Source: Candidatus Micrarchaeia archaeon
Lineage (GTDB): Archaea > Micrarchaeota > Micrarchaeia > Anstonellales > Bilamarchaeaceae
Reading direction: 5' to 3'
DNA: 62,010 nucleotides
Assembly: GCA_033853355.1 (NCBI GenBank)
Contig: JAWOLP010000003.1
Span: forward strand, 1-62,010
Shown: positions 1 to 8,306 of the stretch, in pieces
Layout of the letters: each line of letters opens with the position of its first letter
Position numbering within the stretch: the first letter of the stretch is position 1
Notes under the pieces: generated by a model
Database searches by the model: none
What the model saw: the letters and a program-made list of their open reading frames with translations, nothing else
What the model was told of the DNA's origin: nothing
Position numbers and translations under genes: made by a program

Positions 1-201
1 ATCGAAATAAGGGGCTTATGGGAGGGCCTCGTGCCGCCATGCGGCTCGTGCCCGTTCCGCGTCTCCGGCTCCATCCAGAACGTGCCGCCGGGCACTTACG
101 ACATCTCGTTCGTGTCAGAGGTGCGCCAAATCGAAGGGCGCCGTGTTTTAATGGATGATGACCGCCTGGTGGGCAGGGCGAGCGTGACCGTTTCCCCATG
201 A
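1..201 (+). CDS. 3' end of an unidentified CDS entering from upstream (partial)
   Basis: Frame 1 is open from base 1 to the TGA at 199-201 (IEIRGLWEGLVPPCGSCPFRVSGS...RASVTVSP*). It is absent from the ORF track because it has no start in the window. No family recognised. Confidence 0.4.
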   Translation: MEIRGLWEGLVPPCGSCPFRVSGSIQNVPPGTYDISFVSEVRQIEGRRVLMDDDRLVGRASVTVSP

Positions 202-1446
202 TCACTCGCTCGATTTGAGGACCACGTTCTCGTCCACGGTCGTGACCGCGGAGATCGGCATGGTGTACCTCTTGTCGAATATGTTCTGGATGACGAGGCG
301 GCCCCGGCGCGCGTCTATCCCGACTATCTTCCCCAGGTAGGTGCCGTGCTCGGATATCGCTTCCTTCCCCTCTATCTTCATCTCCATCAGGATCTGCTTC
401 CGGTACCAGTTCACCATCGAGGTGGCGCCGTATCCGGCCACCAGGGCGACGCCGATGGCGCCCAGGAACATCCCGAAATCCACATATGGCGGATAGAGGT
501 TCACTATCCAGCTGCTGCCCACCAGCATCACGAAGGTGGTCAGCGCGGCGGCAATCGAATAGAGCAGGTACTTCGTCACCTTGAACATCTTCTTCTCGCT
601 AATGGCGTCGAAGCTCTTGCCCACCATGATGAGCAGGAGGCCTATGAAGACTATCCATACCGTGCTGCCGATGGCGTAGGCGATCGCCTTCTCCGCGGAG
701 AAGCCCAGCGTCGACGAGTTCTGCACGGCCTGATAGCCTACGAAGGCGGCTATCGAGAAGACCGCCAGGGCGCCGATGTAGCCCACCCAGCTCGTCCTCT
801 CGAAGGAGAACCTGAAGTCCTTTATGACGCCCCCCACGATCTCGTCCACGCCGAATATGCGGGCGAGGAGGAAGATGCCGACTATCACGCCGACCGGCTG
901 CCACCCAAGGCCCAGATAGCTCGATAGCGAGAGCAGGAGTATGAGCGCCGCCGGTATGCCGATGATTATCCGCGCGAAATACGGGTCCTTGAGCTTCTCG
1001 AGCAGCACGAAATACGTCTTCTCCAGCTCCTTGGCCTGCTTGATGAAGACGATCTTGGTGGAGTCGACCTTGATGCGGGATTTTATTATCGGGAGTATCT
1101 CCTCGTCGGAGGCGCCGTCGGAAATCAGGATGCAGGAAGCGGGATTGAGCTCGGCCGCTATCTTGTCGAACTGCGAGCTGATCTCCTTGTCCGCGGCGAA
1201 GCCGAGCTTCCGATCGCCCGTGAGCGTCACCACCTCGACATCCAGGCCGTCGGTGCGCATCCGATCGTAGGTCTTTATCGCGTAGTATATCGCGTTCGAG
1301 TCGGGATCCTCAGGATCGGCGAGGGAGAGCGCCAGCGCGCCCTCCAGGTTCTTCTCCCGGCCCACAAGCGGGCCGCTGACCTTGGCCTTCTCGAAGAGGT
1401 CGTTGTCGCGGTCTATGCAGAGCACGAGGATAGGTCTTTGCTTCAC
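202..1446 (-). CDS. DUF373-family archaeal integral membrane protein
   Basis: The N-terminal soluble domain begins ILVLCIDRDNDLFEKAKV, as in DUF373 proteins, and is followed by about 7 hydrophobic helices and a C-terminal beta-rich tail. I prefer the GTG start at 1446 (VKQRPILVLC) because a TATA-like TTATTTAAA at about 1469-1477 lies about 27 nt upstream. The ORF track extends to 1620, and an alternative ATG lies at 1515. Confidence 0.75.
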   Translation of the reverse strand: MKQRPILVLCIDRDNDLFEKAKVSGPLVGREKNLEGALALSLADPEDPDSNAIYYAIKTYDRMRTDGLDVEVVTLTGDRKLGFAADKEISSQFDKIAAELNPASCILISDGASDEEILPIIKSRIKVDSTKIVFIKQAKELEKTYFVLLEKLKDPYFARIIIGIPAALILLLSLSSYLGLGWQPVGVIVGIFLLARIFGVDEIVGGVIKDFRFSFERTSWVGYIGALAVFSIAAFVGYQAVQNSSTLGFSAEKAIAYAIGSTVWIVFIGLLLIMVGKSFDAISEKKMFKVTKYLLYSIAAALTTFVMLVGSSWIVNLYPPYVDFGMFLGAIGVALVAGYGATSMVNWYRKQILMEMKIEGKEAISEHGTYLGKIVGIDARRGRLVIQNIFDKRYTMPISAVTTVDENVVLKSSE

Positions 1447-1549
1447 GGAAGGAATTCCGCCTTTTTCATTTAAATAAGTGTCCCTCCCCCCGCTTTTATA
1501 AATTCTTCTTTCCATGATAATATCCTCTAATCCATCCAGAGGAATCCAC

Positions 1550-2272
1550 ATGGAAAAGAAGCTAGTCCTACCAGGCGAGCACCTCTCCAGCGCGGAAGAG
1601 GCCGAGCCGGGAGAGAACACGTATTCGGAGAACGATGAGGTCTACTCGGCAGCGGCCGGCGAGGACGTCAGCGAGACCGGCCGGGCGTCGGTGCGCATAA
1701 AGGGCCGCCTGCTGAGGCAGCCCGGAGTCGGCATGGTCGTCTATGGCGTCGTGATAAAGGCCAGCCTCAACAAGGCCGTCGTCGGGTGCATCAGCTCGAG
1801 CGAGGTCGAGGGCGAGGGGCGGGGCGTGCAGTTCGATGCCGTCCTGCCGGTCACCGCCATCAGGCGCGACTACGTCCGCGACATCCGCGACGAGGTCAAG
1901 ATAGGCGACATCATCAAGGCGAGGATCGACAGCGTCGAGAAGACCGGCTTCGAGATCAGCCTGAAGGCCCCCGACTGCGGTGTGGTCGTGGCGTTCTGCC
2001 CCCGCTGCAGGGAGAGGATGGGCCTGACCGAGAGGATATTCATCTGCGGCAACTGCGGCTGGAAGGAGAGGCGGAAGCTCCCGCTCAAGGAGGGCGAGGC
2101 GCCTCCGCCGGAGGAGCCGCGCGAGCGCTTCGGCGGGGGCAGGTTCCGCGGCGAGCGCGGAGGCTTCCGCAGGGGCGGGGACCGTGGCGGTCGCTTCCAC
2201 GGCGGCCGGCCGTTCGGCGGCGGCGACCGGGGCAGCGGCGGCTTCCGCAGGCGCGAGAGGCCATCATACTGA
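1550..2272 (+). CDS. csl4: Exosome complex RNA-binding subunit Csl4 with a C-terminal RGG-rich tail
   Basis: Start MEKKLVLPGEHL, then an S1-like beta domain and a CPRC...CGNCG zinc ribbon. It sits next to rpoL, as in the archaeal exosome neighbourhood. The tail reads RFGGGRFRGERGGFRRGGDRGGRFHGGRPFGGGDRGSGGFRRR. The ATG at 1550 is preferred over 1514 because the TATA at 1496-1502 predicts a transcript start near 1525. Confidence 0.8.
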   Translation: MEKKLVLPGEHLSSAEEAEPGENTYSENDEVYSAAAGEDVSETGRASVRIKGRLLRQPGVGMVVYGVVIKASLNKAVVGCISSSEVEGEGRGVQFDAVLPVTAIRRDYVRDIRDEVKIGDIIKARIDSVEKTGFEISLKAPDCGVVVAFCPRCRERMGLTERIFICGNCGWKERRKLPLKEGEAPPPEEPRERFGGGRFRGERGGFRRGGDRGGRFHGGRPFGGGDRGSGGFRRRERPSY

Positions 2273-2304
2273 CAGCCCGCTAACGGGGCATGCGAGGGTT
2301 ATGA

Positions 2305-2580
2305 ATGGAAGTGAAGATCTTGATCAACGAGAAGAACACGCTGGAGCTGGAGCTCGCCGGCGGCGACCAGTCGCTGGCCCAGCTGCTCGCCGAGAGGCTC
2401 AACGAGGACAAGGACGTGGAGTTCGCCTCATACAAGGTCGAGCACCCGATCGTCGGCAACCCGAAGCTCTTCCTGAGGACCAGGAAAGGCGAGCCGGCGA
2501 AGCTCGTCCTGGAGAAGCTCGCCGAGATAAAGAAAGAGGTCTCTGAATTCAGGAGCCAGTTCTCGGACATCGTGAAATGA
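2305..2580 (+). CDS. rpoL: DNA-directed RNA polymerase subunit L (Rpo11)
   Basis: 91 aa, MEVKILINEKNTLELELAGGDQSLAQLLAERL...YKVEHPIV. The size, motif pattern and position beside csl4 are all typical. Confidence 0.85.
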   Translation: MEVKILINEKNTLELELAGGDQSLAQLLAERLNEDKDVEFASYKVEHPIVGNPKLFLRTRKGEPAKLVLEKLAEIKKEVSEFRSQFSDIVK

Positions 2581-2581
2581 C

Positions 2582-3577
2582 ATGCCGGACATGAAAGAGA
2601 GGCTCAAGAAACCCCAAGTCCAGGCCGTCGTGCTCCTGGGGAGCCTCCTCCTCTTCGTGATAACGAACGCGTTCCTGCGGGACAGCCCGCTCTCATTCGT
2701 GCCTCCCCTCATCGCCGCGATCATCGTGGTCGAGATCGTGGTCTTCGTGGCCATGGAGGTCAAGGACGGCGCCAAGCAGCACGGCTGGACCCACGAGGTC
2801 GTGGACACCCTGATCGCGCTTTTCGTGGCCGTGGCCATCTGGTTCGGGCTCTCGATAGTCCTCAACACGAGCTCCCCGATATCAGGGGTCGTCTCCTGCA
2901 GCATGCTCCCGAACCTGCAGAGGGGGGACTTCGTGATCGTCCAGGGCGTGCCGATAAAGGCATACGACATAAACATGACGCAGGCCCAGCTCGATTCGCT
3001 CAGCGGGCCGTCCCAGTTGACCTATCCGGGCGGAAACGCCACGATCGCCGGCTCCATCTTCCCCTACTGCCTACAGAGCACGCAGAGCGGCATGTGCCAG
3101 GCTTTCATACACGACCCATCCTCGTTCGTCGAGAGGAAAGGCGCCTTCACGTACAAGTACTCCAGCTGCGCGATCGCCTTCTCCGGAGGCAGCACGCAGT
3201 CCGAGCCATGCCTGACCTCCATAGTATTCGACGGGAACGAATACCAGACGAACTTCTCGAACGACATCGTGGTGTACCAGCCCAACCCCGGCGACTATTT
3301 CGCCCAGGTCGGCGACATCGTCCACCGGGTGATGTTCAGGATAAACGTGGACGGGAAATACTACTACCTCACGCGGGGGGACAACAACCCGATACTCGAC
3401 CTCCAGGTCTATGATTACCCAAGCAATCTCGGCAACCACCCCGTCCCGCAGGACCGCCTCAGGGGCAAGGTCATCGGGCGCATCCCCTACCTCGGCTACT
3501 TCAAGCTCTTCCTCTCAGGCTATTTCAAGGAGGACCCGCAGTGCAAGACGCAGCTCTCGTTCGATCATGCGACGTGA
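2582..3577 (+). CDS. Archaeal/ER-type signal peptidase I (S26B, Sec11-like) with a large insertion
   Basis: N-terminal TM helices. Box motifs are [20 protein letters not shown] (nucleophile Ser), VHRV (His) and [12 protein letters not shown] (GDNN box). A Cys-containing insertion of about 100 aa lies between the first two boxes. Confidence 0.7.
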   Translation: MPDMKERLKKPQVQAVVLLGSLLLFVITNAFLRDSPLSFVPPLIAAIIVVEIVVFVAMEVKDGAKQHGWTHEVVDTLIALFVAVAIWFGLSIVLNTSSPISGVVSCSMLPNLQRGDFVIVQGVPIKAYDINMTQAQLDSLSGPSQLTYPGGNATIAGSIFPYCLQSTQSGMCQAFIHDPSSFVERKGAFTYKYSSCAIAFSGGSTQSEPCLTSIVFDGNEYQTNFSNDIVVYQPNPGDYFAQVGDIVHRVMFRINVDGKYYYLTRGDNNPILDLQVYDYPSNLGNHPVPQDRLRGKVIGRIPYLGYFKLFLSGYFKEDPQCKTQLSFDHAT

Positions 3578-3915
3578 TGCACATGACGATAGGATGGGAG
3601 GATTTCGAGCGCGTCGAGCTGCGTGTGGGCACGATCGTCAAGGCGGAGGATTTTCCCGAGGCGCGCAAGCCGGCTTACAAGCTTCTCATCGATTTCGGGG
3701 AATTCGGGATGAAGCGTTCGAGCGCGCAGATAACCGCGCTCTACCGGAAGGAGGACCTGATCGGGAGGCAGGTCATCTGCGTGACCAACTTCGCTCCGAA
3801 GCAAGTGGCCAATTTCATCTCAGAAGTCCTGACGACCGGCTTCGTCCTGCCTGACGGCGATGTCGTGCTTTCGGAGCCGGAGCGGAAAGTCCCGAACGGC
3901 TCAAGGCTGGCCTGA
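3577..3915 (+). CDS. tRNA-binding domain protein (CsaA/Trbp111-like OB fold)
   Basis: [42 protein letters not shown]...[21 protein letters not shown] matches the CsaA pattern. Its ATG overlaps the upstream stop (TGATG), suggesting translational coupling. Confidence 0.8.
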   Translation: MHMTIGWEDFERVELRVGTIVKAEDFPEARKPAYKLLIDFGEFGMKRSSAQITALYRKEDLIGRQVICVTNFAPKQVANFISEVLTTGFVLPDGDVVLSEPERKVPNGSRLA

Positions 3916-4119
3916 TTCCGACTTCTCGCACTTGACGCCTCGCATCCAAGATTCCTGTTTTCTAATGAGGGCTCGGCGTGGGCTAAGGCATAAGCAGGTT
4001 GAGCACCCATAAACCGCACAGAAGCCATGGGTGCGAGCGATTGACTGGCAGCGAAAGAAAAGTGCCTTGGCCGATTGCGGGCGCCCCCGGAGCAACACAG
4101 AAGACCTGGCTGCCCGCAA

Positions 4120-4950
4120 TCAACCGTAGTGCGAGCCCGCGAAGTCGCTCGTGATTATCTCCTTGAGCCTGCCGCGGATGTGCTCCTTCTCGCTGTCGGG
4201 TATCTGGAGCCCTCCGACCTTGTCCTCCCAGTCCGTCAGCGCGCTGACGACGCGGTTGAACGTCCGCTCGTTGTCCGTGTATTGGGCGTATTCGAGCAGT
4301 GCCGATAGGGCGTAGCGGGATTCCGACTCGCCCAGCGCCTCGAGGATGGCGGCGCGCATCATGTGGCTGGCCTCGTTCTCCACCGAGCAGAGGTGGGAGA
4401 AATGGTATGTGAGGACCTTCGCCGAATCGTCGCCCTTCAGCCTCCCGAGCATCCTTATGACCTCGATCAGGCCTTCCAGCGAGGTGTTGTAGTTGAACAT
4501 CGCGCGATAGACCTGGATCCTTATCTGGGCCGGATCCTGGGCCGGGTTCTTCATCTTGAAATACTCGTAGGTGTGGATGACCTTCAGGTCGACCGCCGTC
4601 GAGATGAGCTCGTGGATCATGTAGAGCAGCAGCTGCTTGATCGTGTCGTTGCCCTTCGCGTAGACCCCCTCCAGCTTCGCGACGGCTTCGGTCTTGGTCT
4701 TGCTGTCCACGGCCACAGGATAGAACTTGACCGAGAAGAGCGCTCCCTCGATCTCCTTTATCGCCAGCTGCATCTCGTTCTGCGCCGCGGCCGTCTGCCC
4801 GGGCGGCGGCTCGTTGGGCGGGTTCCGCGCCACTCCCTCCTCCACGACCTTCTGGGGGGCTGGCGGGGGCGCCACGGCTTTCTTATCCCTGGAAGTGTCC
4901 TTTTTTGCCAATCTATCACCTTTTCGCGTGCGGTTATAAATGTAACCCAC
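4120..4950 (-). CDS. Hypothetical protein with a C-terminal HEAT/PBS-lyase-like repeat
   Basis: MMRAAILEALGESESRYALSALLEYAQYTDNERTFNRVVSAL resembles a HEAT-like repeat. The N-terminus is Pro-rich. The start is uncertain: the track uses the GTG at 4950, but a TTG at 4911 sits 26 nt from the TATA at 4934-4940. Confidence 0.55.
   Translation of the reverse strand: MGYIYNRTRKGDRLAKKDTSRDKKAVAPPPAPQKVVEEGVARNPPNEPPPGQTAAAQNEMQLAIKEIEGALFSVKFYPVAVDSKTKTEAVAKLEGVYAKGNDTIKQLLLYMIHELISTAVDLKVIHTYEYFKMKNPAQDPAQIRIQVYRAMFNYNTSLEGLIEVIRMLGRLKGDDSAKVLTYHFSHLCSVENEASHMMRAAILEALGESESRYALSALLEYAQYTDNERTFNRVVSALTDWEDKVGGLQIPDSEKEHIRGRLKEIITSDFAGSHYG
4934..4940. promoter_or_regulatory. Single TTATAAA TATA box shared by two divergent leaderless genes
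   Basis: It lies inside the larger palindrome GGTTAtaaatgTAACC. Its centre is 28 nt from the GTG at 4965 (plus) and 26 nt from the TTG at 4911 (minus). Confidence 0.5.
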
Positions 4951-4964
4951 TGATTTAAACCGGT

Positions 4965-5522
4965 GTGTTCGTGGAGCTCTATTTCGCTACATCAAACAAG
5001 GACAAATTCGCCGAGGCCGCTGAATTCTTCAAGCCGCTGGACGTGACCCTGAAGCACTTCCCCTTCGAGTACCGCGAGATACGCTCGGACAGCCTGGAGG
5101 AGATCGCCAGGGACGCGGTCGCGGCCGCCCGCAAGCGGTGCCGGATGCCCGTCTTCGTGGAGGATTCCGGCATTTTCATCGACGCGCTCAACGGCTTCCC
5201 GGGCACGTACTCGGCCTGGGTCCAGAAGAAGCTCGGCAACAAAGGCGTCCTGAAGCTGATGGCGGAGGCCTCCGACCGCTCGGCGGTCTTCGAGGCGTGC
5301 ATAGCTTACCACGATGGCGCCTCGGTTTCGACATTCAGGGGCAGGTGCCCAGGGACGCTGACTGAGGAGGAGCGCGGGAGCGGCGGTTTCGGGTACGACC
5401 CCATCTTCGTGCCGCAAGGCGAGGACCAGACGTTCGCCGAAAACAAAGAATTAAAAAACAAGCTCTCACATAGATATAAATCTCTTTTAGAATTCTCCAG
5501 GAGTCTCAAATCCAGACGGTGA
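4965..5522 (+). CDS. Non-canonical purine NTP pyrophosphatase (Ham1/ITPase family)
   Basis: ATSNKDKFAEA...VEDSGIFIDALNGFPGTYSA...GFGYDPIF...KNKLSHRYKS are the Ham1/RdgB signature blocks. The GTG start lies 28 nt from the TATA centre. Confidence 0.85.
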   Translation: MFVELYFATSNKDKFAEAAEFFKPLDVTLKHFPFEYREIRSDSLEEIARDAVAAARKRCRMPVFVEDSGIFIDALNGFPGTYSAWVQKKLGNKGVLKLMAEASDRSAVFEACIAYHDGASVSTFRGRCPGTLTEEERGSGGFGYDPIFVPQGEDQTFAENKELKNKLSHRYKSLLEFSRSLKSRR

Positions 5523-5544
5523 ATTCTTCTTAAGGTGTCATGAC

Positions 5545-6000
5545 ATGGCAAGGTTGCACTCAAAGAAAAAGGGCAAATCGGGCACGAAGAGGCCCAAGAG
5601 CAACGTAGCGCCCGAATGGTCTCCGCTAAAGCCCGCGGAGCTGCGCGAGGTCATACTCAAGATGGCGCGCGAAGGCGCGACGCCGGCCAGGATCGGCCTG
5701 ACGCTCCGCGACCAGCATGGCGTCGCCAATGCGCGTGCCCAGCTCGGCGTGTCCCTCAAGGCTTTCCTGAAGAAGGAGAAAGCCCTCGGCGAATACCCAG
5801 AGGACCTCCTCAACCTGATCAAGAAGGCCGTCCGGATGAGCGGCCACATCAAGGCCTCGAAGAACGACGTCCACAACCAGGTCAAGCTCGGCCATGTGGA
5901 GTCCAAGATCCAGAGGCTAGCCAAATACTATTCGTCGAAGGGCATGATCCCTGCAGGCTGGAGATACGACCGCGAGAAGGCGGCCCTGCTGGTGAAGTGA
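5545..6000 (+). CDS. rps15: 30S ribosomal protein S15 (uS15, archaeal/eukaryotic S13 type)
   Basis: MARLHSKKKGKSGTKRP...LRDQHGV...HNQVKLGHVESKIQRLAKYY. An AGGTG Shine-Dalgarno-like element lies at 5532-5536. Confidence 0.9.
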   Translation: MARLHSKKKGKSGTKRPKSNVAPEWSPLKPAELREVILKMAREGATPARIGLTLRDQHGVANARAQLGVSLKAFLKKEKALGEYPEDLLNLIKKAVRMSGHIKASKNDVHNQVKLGHVESKIQRLAKYYSSKGMIPAGWRYDREKAALLVK

Positions 6001-6027
6001 TAGGCCGTCGCTATCGGTGAAACACTT

Positions 6028-6621
6028 ATGGCTGGAAAGAAAGTCAAGACAGTGGACAAGTGGAAAGCGAAGAAATGGTACTCGGTCAAGGCTCCGGCCA
6101 TGTTCGAGAACAAGGAGCTCTGCGAGGTCGTCGCTTCGGACGACAACCGCCTCGTCAACCGCATAGTCAGGAACTCGCTCCTCGAGCTGGGCATGGGCGG
6201 CGCGTCGCAGATGGCCATGTTCACGACGCTCAAGTTCAGGATAAAGGACGTCAACGGCAACGACGCCAACACCATGCTCCTGGGCCATGAGATCGCCCCC
6301 TCGTTCATCCGCACATTCGCGCGGAGGGGCAAGTCGCTGATACACCAGGTCGTCGACGAGAAGACGAAGGACAACGAGTCGCTGCGTCTCAAGATAATCG
6401 CCGTTACCGGCGCGCGCGTCAGCCAGAACACCAAGAGGAACCTCCGCAACATCATAGTCGAGGAATCCAAGAAGGGCATCGCGGAGAAGAATTTCGACGA
6501 GGTCATCCAGGACGTCATTTACGGCCGGTTCTCCTCGAGGATATTCGGCAGGCTGAAGCAGATCACGAAGATGAGGCGCGTCGAGATCCGCAAGTCCGAG
6601 CGCGGCGAAGCCTTCAAATGA
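6028..6621 (+). CDS. rps3ae: 30S ribosomal protein S3Ae (eS1)
   Basis: KVKTVDKWKAKKWYSVKAPAMFE...LKFRIKDV...IRKSE is the typical eS1 pattern. Confidence 0.9.
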   Translation: MAGKKVKTVDKWKAKKWYSVKAPAMFENKELCEVVASDDNRLVNRIVRNSLLELGMGGASQMAMFTTLKFRIKDVNGNDANTMLLGHEIAPSFIRTFARRGKSLIHQVVDEKTKDNESLRLKIIAVTGARVSQNTKRNLRNIIVEESKKGIAEKNFDEVIQDVIYGRFSSRIFGRLKQITKMRRVEIRKSERGEAFK

Positions 6622-6721
6622 AACTTTCCTCCTGCATTTCTTAGGGTAAAGTTTCATCAAACTTCATGAGGCTCTTCTTTTCACTTTTATCCTATCACAT
6701 GATCGGTTCGTTGGTAATCCC

Positions 6722-7060
6722 ATGATCCCCGGAGGAATGGACCCGAAGAAGATGCAGGCTATGATGCGCCAGATGGGCATCAAGAGCGAGGAGATCGACG
6801 CTGTCAAGGTGACGATCGAGACCTCGGACGGCAAGACAATCTCGATAGACCAGCCGCAGGTCACAAAGATAACGATGCAGGGGCAGTCCTCCTTCCAGAT
6901 CGCCGGCAATATCCGCGTGGAGGAGAAGTCCTCGGAGGAGGACCTGAAGCTCATCATGGAGCAGACCGGCTGCACCGAGGAAGAGGCGAAGGCGGCCCTG
7001 GAGAAGAGCGGCGGCGACATAGCCCAGGCCATCGTCTCGCTCACCGAAGGCAAAGAATAA
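6722..7060 (+). CDS. nac: Nascent polypeptide-associated complex protein (NAC) with a UBA tail
   Basis: MIPGGMDPKKMQAMMRQMGIK..., then a NAC beta-barrel, then the UBA-like LIMEQTGCTEEEAKAALEKSGGDIAQAI. Confidence 0.9.
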   Translation: MIPGGMDPKKMQAMMRQMGIKSEEIDAVKVTIETSDGKTISIDQPQVTKITMQGQSSFQIAGNIRVEEKSSEEDLKLIMEQTGCTEEEAKAALEKSGGDIAQAIVSLTEGKE

Positions 7061-7084
7061 AAATCTTGGGCGAGTTGTGCTGAC

Positions 7085-7663
7085 ATGGCGATAAGGCGCG
7101 AACTGCTACTGATAGTTGTGCTGCTTATCGTCATCGCGCTGCTTGTGAAGCTGGTCGAGTTCTTCCAGGTGAACGTCGTCGAGGGCGACGCGAGCAAGTT
7201 CGTGCTCGAGGACCTCCGGTCGAAATACCCGACCGCCGACATCTCGATCCTCCAGATCACCCCGATGACCAACGACAACGGCCAGCGCTATTTCCAGGTG
7301 GAGGCGAAGGTGACGCAGGATCCCGACACGCCATGCCCTGAGCGCTCGCACATCTACTACAACTATCCGGCCCAGAACTTCGTGCCGCAGCCCCCTGACG
7401 TGATCACCCACAACTGCGTCGTGTGCGCTGAAGGCATATGCACCATAGCGTTCCCGGAGGAGGCTATAATCGCCTCGCACACGTTCCAGGGCACCGGCGC
7501 GGTGCAATCGTACCTCACGCGATACCCGAACGCGATCCCGGCCGTAGCCGAGAAGGCGGATTCGTGGGAAGTCACGTGGAGCTCCCAGTCCGCGAACCAG
7601 TCCTATGTGGTGGATATCCGGCGGGACGGCACCATATCCGGGGTCCAGGCCGTCCCGTCTTGA
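7085..7663 (+). CDS. Hypothetical N-terminally anchored extracytoplasmic protein
   Basis: A single N-terminal hydrophobic helix (LLLIVVLLIVIALLV) followed by a Cys-containing soluble domain. No family recognised. Its 3' end overlaps the convergent HAD gene. Confidence 0.55.
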   Translation: MAIRRELLLIVVLLIVIALLVKLVEFFQVNVVEGDASKFVLEDLRSKYPTADISILQITPMTNDNGQRYFQVEAKVTQDPDTPCPERSHIYYNYPAQNFVPQPPDVITHNCVVCAEGICTIAFPEEAIIASHTFQGTGAVQSYLTRYPNAIPAVAEKADSWEVTWSSQSANQSYVVDIRRDGTISGVQAVPS

Positions 7664-8268
7664 GCCGGCCCGGCCAGGCAGACGATCCTCTCGGCCTGCT
7701 GCACATACGGGTTGTCCTTTATCCGTCCGGCGAATACCTTCTCGCCCGCTATCCTGGCCTCCCCGCCCTCGAAGAATCCGTTGACGTGCCTCCTGGGGAA
7801 CCTGCTGAGCATGGCCTCGTAGCTCCACCAGACCGGGTAGGGCGATATGAGCGCGCCGAGGATCGAGCGGAGGGCCCCTCCTCCTTCTGCCCCGAAGGGC
7901 GCGATGATTGTGACGATGTCGAGGTCGGTCGGGATGTCTATCTCGCTGTTGCCGATGGCGATCATGCGGTCCTGCGCCTCCGCGCGGTCGATGCGCATGC
8001 ATTCCGCGGCTGGCCCGTAGACCTTGCCGGGCCCTCCCTTCCACACGAGCGAGCGGTCGAATATCCGCGCGAAGATGCCGCCCAGGCCGGCGGCCTCGAT
8101 GCCTTGCCGGGCATAATCCGCTTCAGCCCCTGTCGTGATCACGTTAAGGCAGCCCCTCCCGCCGAGGTCCTCTATGAGCGGCCTCATGCCTTTCGCGGCC
8201 TTCTTGCCGGGGCCCCTGAAATCGCCGAGCGTCTCGTCCATGTCCCAGCAGAGGTATCTTCGCATCAT
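7603..8268 (-). CDS. HAD-superfamily hydrolase-like protein
   Basis: MMRRYLCWDMDETLG carries the DxDxT motif I of HAD phosphatases. I chose the ATG at 8268; the upstream part of the 380-aa track ORF is Arg/Gly shadow sequence overlapping rtcA. Confidence 0.6.
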   Translation of the reverse strand: MMRRYLCWDMDETLGDFRGPGKKAAKGMRPLIEDLGGRGCLNVITTGAEADYARQGIEAAGLGGIFARIFDRSLVWKGGPGKVYGPAAECMRIDRAEAQDRMIAIGNSEIDIPTDLDIVTIIAPFGAEGGGALRSILGALISPYPVWWSYEAMLSRFPRRHVNGFFEGGEARIAGEKVFAGRIKDNPYVQQAERIVCLAGPAQDGTAWTPDMVPSRRISTT

Positions 8269-8306
8269 TGTCGTAGATAGTAGGACATACTGATTATAAA
8301 TGGGCC

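Noticed and set aside
1514-1620. The longer starts given in the ORF track for csl4 (1514) and for the DUF373 gene (1620 or 1515).
   Set aside because: They would make the divergent genes overlap each other's promoters. The TATA positions and family N-termini (MEKKLVLPGE for Csl4; the ILVLCIDRDND block close to the start for DUF373) favour 1550 and 1446.
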